Positions 1-10,390 of a stretch of DNA of 64,000 nucleotides are shown in pieces (position 1 is the stretch's first letter; each line of letters starts with the position of its first letter). Under the pieces are notes generated by a model that saw only the letters and a program-made list of their open reading frames with translations, ran no database searches and was not told where the DNA came from. The stretch comes from Omnitrophica WOR_2 bacterium GWF2_43_52 (GTDB taxonomy: Bacteria > Omnitrophota > Gorgyraeia > Gygaellales > UBA12090), in assembly GCA_001805445.1 (NCBI GenBank), contig MHGF01000029.1:4270-68269 (forward strand). The letters are read 5' to 3'. Made by a program: the position numbers and the translations under genes.

Positions 1-1
1 C

Positions 2-286
2 CACGCGGCACTCCCCGGAATTATAGCCGCCTCAATGCTGGGTATTGGCAGGGTTATCGGGGAGACGATGGCGGTAATGATGATTACCGGTAACGCCGCG
101 GTAATTCCCACTACTTTTTTGCAGCCGGTGCGCACCCTTACCGCGACCATTGCCGCGGAAATGGGCGAGACAGTGCACGGCAGCATGCATTATTATTCCC
201 TGTTTGCCATCGGCATAATCCTTTTTGTGATTACTTTTATTATTAATGTGACGGCGGATATGTTTTTGCATAGGAATAAAAAATAA
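2..286 (+). CDS. pstC: phosphate ABC permease PstC, 5'-truncated by window edge
   Basis: GRVIGETMAV and RTLTATIAAEMGE motifs; directly upstream of pstA. Confidence 0.9.
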   Translation, partial: HAALPGIIAASMLGIGRVIGETMAVMMITGNAAVIPTTFLQPVRTLTATIAAEMGETVHGSMHYYSLFAIGIILFVITFIINVTADMFLHRNKK

Positions 287-351
287 ATACACGAATTAAC
301 ACGAATGAAAAACCGAATTGACACGAATAGATTTGTGATAATTATTTGAGC

Positions 352-1197
352 ATGAAGACGACTACTAAGCAGAAAATCGCTTTTAGCATCCTTTTTTTGT
401 GTACTATTATGGTAGTGCTTCCGGTGCTTTTTGTTCTGGGGATTATTATCAAAAATGGCTGGCATGGGATCAACTGGCAATTTTTGACTACCATGCCTAA
501 GGATGGCATGCGCGGGGGAGGGATTTATCCGGCAATCGTTGGGACATTGTATCTGGTTTCCTTATCAATAGTTTTTTCTCTGCCCATAGGGCTCCTTGCC
601 GCCATTTATCTTAACGAATATGCCAAGGATAATTTACTCACCCGCCTTATACGGCTTGCCATTGTTAATCTCTCAGGAGTTTCCTCTGTAGTCTATGGTT
701 TATTCGGTTTGGCATTATTTGTTACGTTTATGAAATTTGGGGTTTCAATCCTTTCCGGAGCGCTTACGTTAGCGATAATGAATCTTCCGATTGTGATTAC
801 TGCCTCAAGAGAGGCATTGGCGAGTGTCCCATATTCTTTTAGGGAGGTAAGTTATTCTTTAGGTTTAAGCCGTTGGCAGACTATCCGGCATTCGGTATTG
901 CCTTTTGCTATCCCCGGGATACTCACCGGCGCGATCCTTAGCTTAGCCAGGGCGGCAGGTGAAACCGCGCCTATTTTATTTACCGTAGCCGCTTTTTATC
1001 TTCCCAAACTTCCGGATTCTATTTTTGACCAGGCAATGGCGTTACCGTATCATCTGTATATTATTTCTACTCAAATCCCTAACATTAGTACGGAAACCAG
1101 GTACGCGACCGCGCTTGTTCTGGTAGGCATTGTTTTTAGTATGAATATTATAGCGGTAGTGATTCGTGCCCGCTTAAGGAAGAGGAAAAAATGGTAA
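352..1197 (+). CDS. pstA: phosphate ABC permease PstA
   Basis: GGIYPAIVGT, LARAAGETAP; multiple TM segments; ATG at 352 preferred over TTG at 346. Confidence 0.93.
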   Translation: MKTTTKQKIAFSILFLCTIMVVLPVLFVLGIIIKNGWHGINWQFLTTMPKDGMRGGGIYPAIVGTLYLVSLSIVFSLPIGLLAAIYLNEYAKDNLLTRLIRLAIVNLSGVSSVVYGLFGLALFVTFMKFGVSILSGALTLAIMNLPIVITASREALASVPYSFREVSYSLGLSRWQTIRHSVLPFAIPGILTGAILSLARAAGETAPILFTVAAFYLPKLPDSIFDQAMALPYHLYIISTQIPNISTETRYATALVLVGIVFSMNIIAVVIRARLRKRKKW

Positions 1198-1976
1198 CCC
1201 ACGCCACCAGGTCACCAGGTCACCAGGTCACCAGTAAAATTATTATACAACAACTTAGCATTTGGTTTGGAAAGGTTTTGGCTTTAAGGAGCCTGAACCT
1301 GGAAATACAGGGTAATGAAATCCTTGGCGTTATTGGCCCTGCCAACAGTGGCAAGACTTCCTTTTTGAGGCAGCTTAACCGCCTAAATGAATTGGAGGCG
1401 AGTTTTCGGATGAGCGGCGAGGTCATTTTGGATAACAAAAATATCCAGCACATAAAACCTGAAGCGTTACGAAAAAGGGTGGGGATGATTTTTGCCCTTC
1501 CGCAGGTTCTTCCTATATCTATCTATGACAATGTTGCCTATGGGGTGCGGATGCACGATGGTAAGAGTAAAAGTGAACTAGACGGTATCGTTGAGGATTC
1601 GCTTAAGTCATCGTTTTTGTGGGATGAGGTTAAGGACAGGCTAAAAGAATTAGCGACAAAACTCTCAGGAGGCCAACAGCAACGCTTGTGTATTTCCCGC
1701 ACTTTGGCAGTAAAGCCTGAGGTAGTTTTATTCGATGAGCCTTGCTCCGGTCTTGACCCTATTTCTACTGCTAAAGTAGAGGAGTCAATGCTTAAGCTGA
1801 AAGAAAAATATACTATTGTCTTGGTAACCAATAATACCAAGCAGGCAGCCCGGGTAAGCGACCGCACAGCTTTTTTCCTTACGGGTGAGTTGGTAGAGAT
1901 AGACAAAACGCATAAACTATTTACCGCTCCCAAGGATAAAAGGACAGAAGAGTATATACAGGGGAAATTCGGGTAA
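1191..1976 (+). CDS. pstB: phosphate ABC ATPase PstB copy 1 (degenerate Q-loop and H-switch)
   Basis: Walker A GPANSGKT, LSGGQQQRL, DEPCSGLDPIST, C-terminal RTEEYIQGKFG. Confidence 0.9.
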   Translation: MVTHATRSPGHQVTSKIIIQQLSIWFGKVLALRSLNLEIQGNEILGVIGPANSGKTSFLRQLNRLNELEASFRMSGEVILDNKNIQHIKPEALRKRVGMIFALPQVLPISIYDNVAYGVRMHDGKSKSELDGIVEDSLKSSFLWDEVKDRLKELATKLSGGQQQRLCISRTLAVKPEVVLFDEPCSGLDPISTAKVEESMLKLKEKYTIVLVTNNTKQAARVSDRTAFFLTGELVEIDKTHKLFTAPKDKRTEEYIQGKFG

Positions 1977-2045
1977 AAAAGCTCAATGTTACGAAGGACG
2001 TATGATGAGAGACGAAGGATGTGAACAGCAAGGTGATTTCCAACA

Positions 2046-2801
2046 ATGTCAAAGATAATTGCAAAAGACTTAAATCTCTGGTATGGCGCTTTTCACGCTT
2101 TAAAGCATATTCACCTTGACTTTGACGAGAGGCGTATCACTGCTATTATCGGCCCCTCCGGATGCGGCAAGTCTACGCTTTTAAGGGTTTTTAACCGGAT
2201 GAATGACTTAGTTGAAGGCGTGCGCATGAAAGGAGAGGTGTTGATAGATGATAAGAGTATTCTTGACGGCGGGTTTAATGATTTGGTAAAATTGCGTAAA
2301 AAAGTAGGTATGGTCTTTCAGAGGCCAAACCCTTTTCCACTTTCGGTGTATGAGAACGTTATCTTCGGCCTTAAAGTCCATCACTTGGCAAAAAAGAATG
2401 ATTTTGACGCTATAGTACAGGAAAGTTTAGAGTCCGTGCTGCTGTGGAATGATTTAAAAGATAAACTGCGTAAGAATGCGTTAGGGTTATCGTTAGAGCA
2501 GAAGCAGCGGCTTTGTATTGCCCGGACTATCGCGGTTAAGCCGGATATAGTGCTGATGGATGAGCCGTGCTCAGCGCTTGACCCGCAGGCAACCCTCAAG
2601 ATAGAAGAGCTGATGCAGCGGCTTAAAAAAGAGTATACGATAGTGATAGTGACGCACAATATGCAGCAGGCAGCGCGGGTTTCTGATGATACGGGATTTA
2701 TGCTTTTGGGTGAACTGATTGAATTCGGAAAGACAGTAGAAATATTTACCGCGCCCAAGGACAAGCGGACAGAGGATTATATTACAGGCAGATACGGGTA
2801 A
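2046..2801 (+). CDS. pstB: phosphate ABC ATPase PstB copy 2 (degenerate signature)
   Basis: [35 protein letters not shown]; signature reads LSLEQ. Confidence 0.93.
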   Translation: MSKIIAKDLNLWYGAFHALKHIHLDFDERRITAIIGPSGCGKSTLLRVFNRMNDLVEGVRMKGEVLIDDKSILDGGFNDLVKLRKKVGMVFQRPNPFPLSVYENVIFGLKVHHLAKKNDFDAIVQESLESVLLWNDLKDKLRKNALGLSLEQKQRLCIARTIAVKPDIVLMDEPCSALDPQATLKIEELMQRLKKEYTIVIVTHNMQQAARVSDDTGFMLLGELIEFGKTVEIFTAPKDKRTEDYITGRYG

Positions 2802-2945
2802 TTGCAACCGCGGAGGCGCTGAATAACTGTTAGAAGTAAATGTTCCGCAGAAACACAGAAGAAGACTTATTGAATTTCCGCGCTTCAGCGGAAAAGCATA
2901 ATTTTTATTCAAATTCCGCGTTTCAGCGGTTGCAAGGGAGGAATA

Positions 2946-3611
2946 ATGGAAAGAATCTTTGACGAAGAATTGAAGCAATTGCGCCAATACATATTGACTA
3001 TGGCATCATTGGTTGAAGAAGCCATTTTTAAATCAGTAGAGGCGCTTAAGCAAAGGGATAAGTCGCTGGCTGAGGCAGTGATTGCTTCTGATAAAAAGAT
3101 AGATGAGTTAGAAAATAAGATTGATGAATTTTGTTTGGACTTAATCGCGCTTCGCCAGCCGGTTGCCCAGGATTTGCGTTTTATTACCATGGCAATGCAG
3201 AGTGATGCTGACCTTGAGCGGATGGCGGATTTGGCGGTAGATATTGCCCAGAGGGCGGAAGAACTCATTGCTCAGCCACCGTTAAAACCGTTAATTGATA
3301 TCCCGAAATTAGCCGAAATTGCCCAGAAAATGGTAAAAGAGGCAATAGATGCCTTTATCAATAAGGATGTGGAATTAGCAAAGAAGGTTATGCTTGCTGA
3401 TAGGGAAGCGGATGCGCTTCGTGATTTGGTCCAGAAGGAATTGATTTATGATTATATGGTAAAAGACGGCACAACCGCCCCGCGCGCGGTTCCCTTAATT
3501 TTAGTTACCCGCCACTTAGAGCGTATCTGCGACCACGCTACCAATATTGCCGAAGACGTGATTTATATGACTGAGGCAAAGATGGTCAGGCACCATCCGG
3601 AGAAGTTGTAG
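2946..3611 (+). CDS. phoU: phosphate signalling protein PhoU
   Basis: RQPVAQDLR, DLERMADLA, HLERICDHATNIAE. Confidence 0.95.
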   Translation: MERIFDEELKQLRQYILTMASLVEEAIFKSVEALKQRDKSLAEAVIASDKKIDELENKIDEFCLDLIALRQPVAQDLRFITMAMQSDADLERMADLAVDIAQRAEELIAQPPLKPLIDIPKLAEIAQKMVKEAIDAFINKDVELAKKVMLADREADALRDLVQKELIYDYMVKDGTTAPRAVPLILVTRHLERICDHATNIAEDVIYMTEAKMVRHHPEKL

Positions 3612-3661
3612 CAATCATTATTACCGTTGAGCATCGCATTTTCTTATGATATGATAATGCT

Positions 3662-4348
3662 ATGCCTAAACTGGAAAATTACCGTAAAATAAAAAAGTTT
3701 TGCCTGGAATGGGGCGCGGACCTCTTTGGGGCGGCGGAGATATCCTCGTTAAAAGGTACCTTTGTTATTACTCCAAGAATCGTTGAGGGTTTACAGAGCG
3801 CAATCAGCCTTGGAGTACGCGCTTCGTGCGAAGTTTTAGGTGAAATTGAGCAGCAACCTACCAAACTTTATTTCCATCATTATCGCACCATTAATATGTT
3901 TTTGGACCAATTAGCGCTGCGGTTAAGCAATTATATCCAGAATTTAGGTTTTCGCTCGCTTCCTATACCCGCATCGCAAATCGTTGACTGGCAAAAACAA
4001 ACTGCTCACCTTTCCCATAAGCATATAGCGTATTTAGCGGGATTAGGCTGGATTGGCAGAAATAATTTAATGGTAAATAATAAGTTAGGCAGTCAGTTCA
4101 GGTTGGTAACGGTGCTTACGGATATGCCTTTAAAGTCAGATAAGCCTACGCAAGAAGATTGTGGAAATTGCCGCGCGTGTGTGGTACTATGTCCAGTAAA
4201 AGCAATAAAGGAAAAAAGAGAAGATTTTGACCATTTAGGGTGTTTTGCCTTATTGAAGGAGTTCCAAAAACAAAAGATTGTTGACCAGTATATCTGCGGA
4301 ATCTGCGTAAAAGCCTGTCGTGGAAAATCGCCCTTTAATAAATCTTAA
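3662..4348 (+). CDS. QueG-like / reductive-dehalogenase-like 4Fe-4S protein
   Basis: SHKHIAYLAGLGWIGRNNL, CGNCRACVVLCP, CGICVKAC. Confidence 0.7.
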   Translation: MPKLENYRKIKKFCLEWGADLFGAAEISSLKGTFVITPRIVEGLQSAISLGVRASCEVLGEIEQQPTKLYFHHYRTINMFLDQLALRLSNYIQNLGFRSLPIPASQIVDWQKQTAHLSHKHIAYLAGLGWIGRNNLMVNNKLGSQFRLVTVLTDMPLKSDKPTQEDCGNCRACVVLCPVKAIKEKREDFDHLGCFALLKEFQKQKIVDQYICGICVKACRGKSPFNKS

Positions 4349-4416
4349 GCGGTTTTCCGAAGGCCCCGCCTACGGTAAGGCCAAGACGCGGGGTGTCGCT
4401 ATAGTTAAAGGAAAAA

Positions 4417-5115
4417 ATGCCAAAAACCACTAATCAGATTGAGGCGCTTTCTCAAATCGCGCAAGCAATTACCTCGGATTTATATTTAGACGATATCTTG
4501 CGGCTTATTGTCACAGTTACTGCCCAAACCTTGCGTTCGAAGATTTGTTCGCTTATGCTTCTTGATGAGAAAAAACAAGAATTGATAATCAGGGCAACAC
4601 AGTCAATATCCGAAAGCTATAACAAAAAATCTCCGCTTAAGGTTGGTGAGGGCATAGCGGGAAAAGCTGCCTTAGAAAAAAGGCCTATTGCTGTCTATGA
4701 TGTGACTCAGGAAAAAGAATATAAATATAAGGATATTGCCGAAAATGAAGGGCTTGCCTCTTTGTTGTGTGTGCCGCTTATGGTTAAGGGAAGGGTCATC
4801 GGCGTAATAAACCTGTATACCTCAAAACCGCATAAATTTACCAACAATGAAGTGCATATGCTCACCGCGATAGCCAATCAAGCCGCGATGGTGATTGAGA
4901 ATACCGAGCTTATGGTAAAATCAAAAATTATTCAGGAAGAGCTTGAGACACGTAAGTTGGTAGAGAAGGCAAAAGGCATTCTAATGAAAGAACAAGGGTT
5001 ATCAGAGTCAGATTCGTACAGGACGATTCAAAAGTATAGCATGGATTCTCGTAAATCAATGCATCAAGTTGCTGAGGCAATTGTCATGGCGCAGGCAGTG
5101 AAAGAAAAGCGATAA
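4417..5115 (+). CDS. GAF-ANTAR RNA-binding antitermination regulator
   Basis: N-terminal GAF (GEGIAG, SLLCVPL); C-terminal RKLVEKAKGILM...SMDSRKSM ANTAR helices. Confidence 0.9.
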   Translation: MPKTTNQIEALSQIAQAITSDLYLDDILRLIVTVTAQTLRSKICSLMLLDEKKQELIIRATQSISESYNKKSPLKVGEGIAGKAALEKRPIAVYDVTQEKEYKYKDIAENEGLASLLCVPLMVKGRVIGVINLYTSKPHKFTNNEVHMLTAIANQAAMVIENTELMVKSKIIQEELETRKLVEKAKGILMKEQGLSESDSYRTIQKYSMDSRKSMHQVAEAIVMAQAVKEKR

Positions 5116-5205
5116 ATACTTTAAATTGCTGCATTTCAAACTGTTAAACTGCTAAATGGCTAAACTGCTTAACAGTTTAACGCTTTAACACTTTAACAAT
5201 TTAAA

Positions 5206-5478
5206 ATGGATTGGCGTATTTTTTTTACCGCATTTACCACAATACTTGTCGCGGAATTAGCGGATAAAACTGAGATGGCAGTCTTAAGCCTGACCGCGAA
5301 GACTAAATCTCCCTGGCCGATATTTTGGGGGGCAATGCTGGCGTTTGCGGTAGCAACTCTCTTAGCGGTTTTGTTAGGGGATGTGGTGGCAAAGTTTGTG
5401 CCTATCCATATCCTGCGTTTTGTCAGCGCAGGGATATTTATTCTTATCGGGATTTTAACTTTATGGGGTAAGCTATAA
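5206..5478 (+). CDS. TMEM165/GDT1 (UPF0016) half-size membrane protein
   Basis: AELADKT motif variant of ExGDKT; three TM helices. Confidence 0.8.
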   Translation: MDWRIFFTAFTTILVAELADKTEMAVLSLTAKTKSPWPIFWGAMLAFAVATLLAVLLGDVVAKFVPIHILRFVSAGIFILIGILTLWGKL

Positions 5479-5580
5479 TATCTTGTTAACCAAATAAAGT
5501 TTCGTGTACCGTGTACCGTAACGGTAAACGTAACATGTCTTCAAGATATAACTATTATTTTATGAAAGTTACTTTGTAAG

Positions 5581-6210
5581 ATGCAGGAAACGGAAGCGGT
5601 AAAAGAGGCGGCGAAACTTATCGGGATAGCCATCCGCACCGCACCCAAAAGCGCTGGGGTTGACGATATTTCGTATACGATAGTGAGTGATTCTGAAAAG
5701 GCAGCATCGGCAGATGAAATCAGAAAAATCGCGGCCTTTCTGATTAAAGAAAATAGGGAAGCAAAGACGAAAAAGGCAATAGAGTTGGATTGGCATAGCG
5801 ACGCGGAGGTGATTGACAAATCAGATTGCCTTATACTTTTAGGAGTGAAGGGCCGTAAACCATTGGGGTTTAATTGCGGGGGCTGCGGCTTTAAAGGCTG
5901 TCAGGAATTCATGAGCGCTAAGTCGCCTGAAACTATCTTTATGGCGGGACCCTTTTGTATGTTTAAGCTTTTGGATTTAGGTATCGCCGTCTCAAGCGCT
6001 GCCAAGGCAGCGGCACATTTTAATATTGATAACCGTATTATGTACCGGGCAGGCTTGGCAGGATACAAGTTAGCTTTATTGAAAGAGTGTAATCCTGTTA
6101 TAGGTATTCCTCTTTCCGCCTCTGGTAAAAATATCTATTTTGACCGTAAGGAAAAGGTAGAAGCCAAAGAACTTTGGAGGCAGATTAATAGTTCTCTTCT
6201 TTCTAAATAA
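5581..6210 (+). CDS. DUF2148-type ferredoxin-domain protein
   Basis: RTAPK, NCGGCGFKGC, LDLGIA, DNRIMY. Confidence 0.75.
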   Translation: MQETEAVKEAAKLIGIAIRTAPKSAGVDDISYTIVSDSEKAASADEIRKIAAFLIKENREAKTKKAIELDWHSDAEVIDKSDCLILLGVKGRKPLGFNCGGCGFKGCQEFMSAKSPETIFMAGPFCMFKLLDLGIAVSSAAKAAAHFNIDNRIMYRAGLAGYKLALLKECNPVIGIPLSASGKNIYFDRKEKVEAKELWRQINSSLLSK

Positions 6211-6237
6211 TGAGCTATTAGCAAGAATTCGGTAAGG

Positions 6238-6427
6238 AGTGCGGTAATATGTTGCAAACGGATATCAGGGCATCTAGGGGATTAGGATTTGGGTATCGGG
6301 ACATCGGGGAATCAGGAAAAAGACCGTTGTGTTGTTCCCGACATCCTGATATCCTGATTACCAAATTCTGAGCACCCGATTACCTGATTTCCGCAGTTAA
6401 GATGGTTAACTACACATAGTATACGAG
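6238..6427. repeat. about 190 bp hairpin element with conserved ends, copy 1
   Basis: Ends AGTGCGGTAATATGTT and ACACATAGTATACGAG are identical to those at 17106-17304; interior is octamer repeats plus their reverse complement. Confidence 0.8.
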
Positions 6428-6437
6428 GGGGAAAGCA

Positions 6438-6923
6438 ATGGATGAAATTTTAGAGATTTTAGAAAAAGACGCGCGCACCAGTCCGGAAGAAATTGCCAAG
6501 ATGCTTCATAAGGATGTTTCAAAGGTAAAGCAGGCAATAAGGAAATATGAGAAAGAGGGGGTAATCTTAAAATACAAAGCGGTAATCAATAAAGAGCTTA
6601 CCCGTGACGAGGAGTCTGAGGTGCGGGCACTCATCGAGGTAAATATCGTGCCGCAAAAAGACTTAGGTTTTGATAAGATTGCAGAGAGGATTTATTCGTT
6701 TCCCGAGGTTACGAGTTGTTACCTTATTTCAGGAACGTATGATTTGTTGGTAGTCATTGAAGGTAAGAATATGCACACGGTTTCGAATTTTGTTGCCGAA
6801 AAGCTTTCTTGTATGGAGAATGTTAGGGGAACCGTGACCCATTTCCTGCTTAAGAAGTATAAGGAGGATGGGGTAATGTTGAAGCATAGAGAAGAGAATA
6901 AGAGGATAGCGATATCGTATTAG
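6438..6923 (+). CDS. Lrp/AsnC family regulator
   Basis: N-terminal HTH (ILEKDAR); C-terminal YLISGTYDL. Confidence 0.9.
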   Translation: MDEILEILEKDARTSPEEIAKMLHKDVSKVKQAIRKYEKEGVILKYKAVINKELTRDEESEVRALIEVNIVPQKDLGFDKIAERIYSFPEVTSCYLISGTYDLLVVIEGKNMHTVSNFVAEKLSCMENVRGTVTHFLLKKYKEDGVMLKHREENKRIAISY

Positions 6924-7046
6924 CGTATAGCGTGTAGCACATAAGCTGATTAGTTTATGGGTAGGCAGTAGATAGTAATAAGAAAAGATGTTTTTTGTTT
7001 TACTAAACAGCTAACGAGCTAAACAGCTAATGAACTAAGCATTGTT

Positions 7047-8201
7047 ATGAAAGATATTATTTCTAAAGTAGTCCAAGAAATGCAACCTTCAGGTATCCGT
7101 GCCTTCTTTGACCTTGTGCTGGGAATGAAGGATGTCATCTCTCTGGGCGTGGGTGAGCCGGATTTTGTTACCCCTTGGAGTGTCAGGGAATCTGCTATCT
7201 TTTCCTTGGAACAGGGGTATACCAGCTATACCTCGAATAAAGGGATGATGAAGCTCAGGCTTCAAATTGCGCGTTTTCTTAAGAATCATCATGAAGTTAC
7301 CTACGATCCAGACGATGAAATCCTCATTACTGTGGGAGTGAGCGAGGCCTTGGATTTAGCCATGAGGGCTATTATAAACCCTGGAGATAAGGTTTTAATT
7401 CCTGAACCCTGTTATGTTTCTTACGGGCCAGTCACAGCGCTTGCCGGGGGTATCCCTGTGTATGTTTCAACCGCCCCTACAGGCTTTAAAATTACACCTG
7501 AGGCAATTGAGCGGCACTGCGATACGAAAACCAAAGCCATCATTATTAATTATCCTTCTAATCCTACGGGAGTATCGTATAGTAAGAGGGATCTGGAGTG
7601 TTTAAAAAAGGCTATCCTTAAGCATAAGCTTATATTAATTAGCGATGAGGTCTATGATGAGCTTACCTATGATTTCGCGCATACTTCGTTTGCGGCGCTC
7701 TCCGGGCTAAAAAACAATACCCTTTATCTAAACGGATTTTCAAAAAGCTATGCTATGACCGGTTGGCGGGTTGGGTATGCCTGCGGCCCGAAAGAGATAA
7801 TAGCGGCTATGACTAAAATTCACCAATATACCATAATGTGCGTGTCTATAACTAGTCAGATAGCAGCCTGTGAAGCTTTGCAATCGGGGAGAAAAGCTGT
7901 CGAAGAAATGAAGCGTGAGTACCGGCGCAGAAGGGAATTTGTGGTAGATAACCTCAATAGGATAGGATTATCCTGCAATAAGCCTCAAGGGGCGTTTTAT
8001 GCCTTTGCTTCGGTAAAAAACACCAGCTTAAACTCAATAGATTTCTGCCAGCAGTTACTTAAAGAGCAGAAAGTGGCGGTAGTTCCCGGCAACGCCTTTG
8101 GAAAGTCGGGAGAAGGGTATATCCGCATTTCCTATGCCTCCAGCTTTAGCAATTTAAGAGAGGCGTTAAGGAGGATGGAGATATTTTTAAAGGGATTGTG
8201 A
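7047..8201 (+). CDS. PLP-dependent aminotransferase class I/II
   Basis: LGVGEPDF, PSNPTG, SDEVY, GFSKSYAMTGWRVG. Confidence 0.93.
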   Translation: MKDIISKVVQEMQPSGIRAFFDLVLGMKDVISLGVGEPDFVTPWSVRESAIFSLEQGYTSYTSNKGMMKLRLQIARFLKNHHEVTYDPDDEILITVGVSEALDLAMRAIINPGDKVLIPEPCYVSYGPVTALAGGIPVYVSTAPTGFKITPEAIERHCDTKTKAIIINYPSNPTGVSYSKRDLECLKKAILKHKLILISDEVYDELTYDFAHTSFAALSGLKNNTLYLNGFSKSYAMTGWRVGYACGPKEIIAAMTKIHQYTIMCVSITSQIAACEALQSGRKAVEEMKREYRRRREFVVDNLNRIGLSCNKPQGAFYAFASVKNTSLNSIDFCQQLLKEQKVAVVPGNAFGKSGEGYIRISYASSFSNLREALRRMEIFLKGL

Positions 8202-8250
8202 GATAGAAATGCGAGTGAGCAAAAAGGCTTAAAAAAGGAGTAGAGCGGCG

Positions 8251-8700
8251 ATGTTAGAGGAAAAAATTTTAGAGGATTATAAGCAAGCATTGAAGGCCAA
8301 AGACGCAGAAAAGGTGTCTACCATTAGTTTTTTACGTTCACAAATGAAAAATCTAGCCATAGATAAAAGGCAAAATGCTTTAACCGACGAAGATGTGATA
8401 AGTGTTTTAAGAAAGCTGGTTAAACAGCGCAGGGATTCCATCGAGCAGTTTAAGGCCGGCAACCGCCAGGATTTGGTGGAAAAGGAGGCCAAGGAGCTTG
8501 AGATATTGTTGGCATACCTGCCCCAACAGGTTTCTGATGAGAAAATGAAGGAAATCATTGAAGAGGTAGTGAAGGCAACGGGTGCAACCAGTATTCAGGA
8601 TATGGGGAAAGTAATGAAGGAGCTCATGGCTAAGTTTGCCGGCAGGTCTGATAATAAATTGGTGAGTGAATTAGTGAGGCAGCGTTTAACGCAAGGATAG
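8251..8700 (+). CDS. GatB/YqeY domain protein
   Basis: KQRRDSIEQF, YLPQQ, DMGKVM. Confidence 0.9.
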   Translation: MLEEKILEDYKQALKAKDAEKVSTISFLRSQMKNLAIDKRQNALTDEDVISVLRKLVKQRRDSIEQFKAGNRQDLVEKEAKELEILLAYLPQQVSDEKMKEIIEEVVKATGATSIQDMGKVMKELMAKFAGRSDNKLVSELVRQRLTQG

Positions 8701-8702
8701 CT

Positions 8703-9002
8703 ATGGCAACGGTTAAGAAACTGGTGGATATTTCCCATCACATTGCTAAAGAAAAAGGCTGGTGGGATGATGCTAGGAATGATGGGGAATTAATTGCCCT
8801 GATGCATTCAGAACTTTCAGAGGCGCTTGAGGCAATGCGTAACCATGCCCAAGAAGAGGATGTTGCTGAGGAATTGGCAGATTGCTGTATCCGGATATTT
8901 GATTATTGCGGGGCACGCGGTATAGATTTGCAAAAGGCAATTACGCGGAAGATACAAAAAAACCGTAAACGCCCTTATAAGCACGGGAATAAAAAATTTT
9001 AA
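8703..9002 (+). CDS. MazG-like nucleotide pyrophosphohydrolase
   Basis: LMHSELSEALEA...EELADCCIRIFD, RPYKHG. Confidence 0.8.
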   Translation: MATVKKLVDISHHIAKEKGWWDDARNDGELIALMHSELSEALEAMRNHAQEEDVAEELADCCIRIFDYCGARGIDLQKAITRKIQKNRKRPYKHGNKKF

Positions 9003-9095
9003 GGAAAGATAATAAGGGGTCGATAGTCGATGGTCAATAGTCAATAGGGAAAACATAGGCTATAGACCATAGACCATGAGCTCTCCATTGGTCTA

Positions 9096-9386
9096 ATGTT
9101 TACACACGCCGTATTATTTGAGATTAAGGCTAAGGAAATCAAGGCTTATTGTAAAGACTGTAAGATGTGGGCCGGTTATGCCAAGAAGGCTAAAGGGTTT
9201 ATCCGCTATCTTACCGTAAAACGCCTTGAGTATAAGAACCAGTATGCCTCAGTTTACGAATGGAATTCCAAGCAGGATCACGGCCGTTTTATGAAAAAAT
9301 TCCATGACTGGCTGGTGAGCAAATCAAAAGCAAAAGTAAAGGTCATAGGGTATTATAATCTTAAGGTAATAGATGAGATTAGGTAA
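9096..9386 (+). CDS. ABM-like (dimeric alpha-beta barrel) protein
   Basis: size and AKGFI...YEWNS pattern. Confidence 0.5.
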   Translation: MFTHAVLFEIKAKEIKAYCKDCKMWAGYAKKAKGFIRYLTVKRLEYKNQYASVYEWNSKQDHGRFMKKFHDWLVSKSKAKVKVIGYYNLKVIDEIR

Positions 9387-9387
9387 G

Positions 9388-9482
9388 CACGAATTTGCAC
9401 GAATAAAAGGCCGAATGGACACTAATTTATTAAAAATAATTTATTCGTGTTAATTCGTGTGAAATTCGTGTCTATTCGTGTT
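9388..9482. repeat. CACGAAT tandem/inverted hairpin element
   Basis: CACGAAT-like units followed by four ATTCGTG units. Confidence 0.85.
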
Positions 9483-9500
9483 TAAAAGGAAGAAATAATC

Positions 9501-10265
9501 ATGGCGGACGCGAAATGCCCGGGGCAGAACCCGCAATACTGGAAGCCGGAAGATGCCGTTGAGGTGCAATGCCCTCAGTGTAAAGAGATAGTCGAGTTTT
9601 TTAAGGATGAACCGAAAAGGAAATGTTATAACTGCAAGCATGAGGTAATTAATCCTAAAGTTGATTTTGGCTGTGCGTTGTGGTGCCCCAAGGCAGTGGA
9701 ATGCATTGGCCAGGAACGTTATCAACAGCTTTTAGCTTCCGCGAAACAAGCGCCGGCAACAGATAAATACAGGACTAAAAAGGATCTTTTGGTTTTTGAA
9801 ATGGAGCGATATTTCGGGAAGGATACTAAAAGTATTACCCATGCCAAAAAAGTGCTTAGTTTTGCCGAACAGCTTTTGGAAAAGGAAAAGGCGGAGCCTT
9901 TAGTGGTGATTGCCGCGGCTATTCTTCATGATATAGGGATATGTAAGGCAAAAGAAAAGTACGGCAGCCACGCGGCCGGGTATCAGGAAATTGAAGGCCC
10001 CGCGGTTGCCCGGGAAATGATGGAAAAAATCCAGCTTAAAAAAGAAGTCGTTGATGAAGTCTGCGCGATTATTGCCCATCATCACAGCCCTAAGGAAGCG
10101 GAAACATTAAATTTCAAGGTGCTCTATGACGCGGATTGGCTGGTGAATTTTAAGGATGAGTATGCCAGGTATCATAAGGAAGAGGTATCTGAGGTAATAG
10201 AGAGGGTTTTCTTGACAAAAAGTGGTAAGGAGTTGGCGCGGGAACTTTATATTTTGCCTGAGTAA
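9501..10265 (+). CDS. HD-domain phosphohydrolase with Cys-rich N-terminal domain
   Basis: CPQC/CYNC/CALWC; HAKKV...ILHDIG...AHHH...DAD. Confidence 0.85.
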   Translation: MADAKCPGQNPQYWKPEDAVEVQCPQCKEIVEFFKDEPKRKCYNCKHEVINPKVDFGCALWCPKAVECIGQERYQQLLASAKQAPATDKYRTKKDLLVFEMERYFGKDTKSITHAKKVLSFAEQLLEKEKAEPLVVIAAAILHDIGICKAKEKYGSHAAGYQEIEGPAVAREMMEKIQLKKEVVDEVCAIIAHHHSPKEAETLNFKVLYDADWLVNFKDEYARYHKEEVSEVIERVFLTKSGKELARELYILPE

Positions 10266-10390
10266 GAGATGAGAAAAAGGCATTCTCTATGCAGAACGAT
10301 AGCCCGTTAGGTTTCAAAGATTTTGTGAGGGACATGTAACCTAACGGGATTTTTGTTTCCAAAAATGATGCCTTCAAAAAGAGCATAGCT

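Noticed and set aside
9388-9482. CRISPR array in the tandem repeats
   Set aside because: Units are about 10-12 bp without unique spacers, are inverted, and no cas genes are present.
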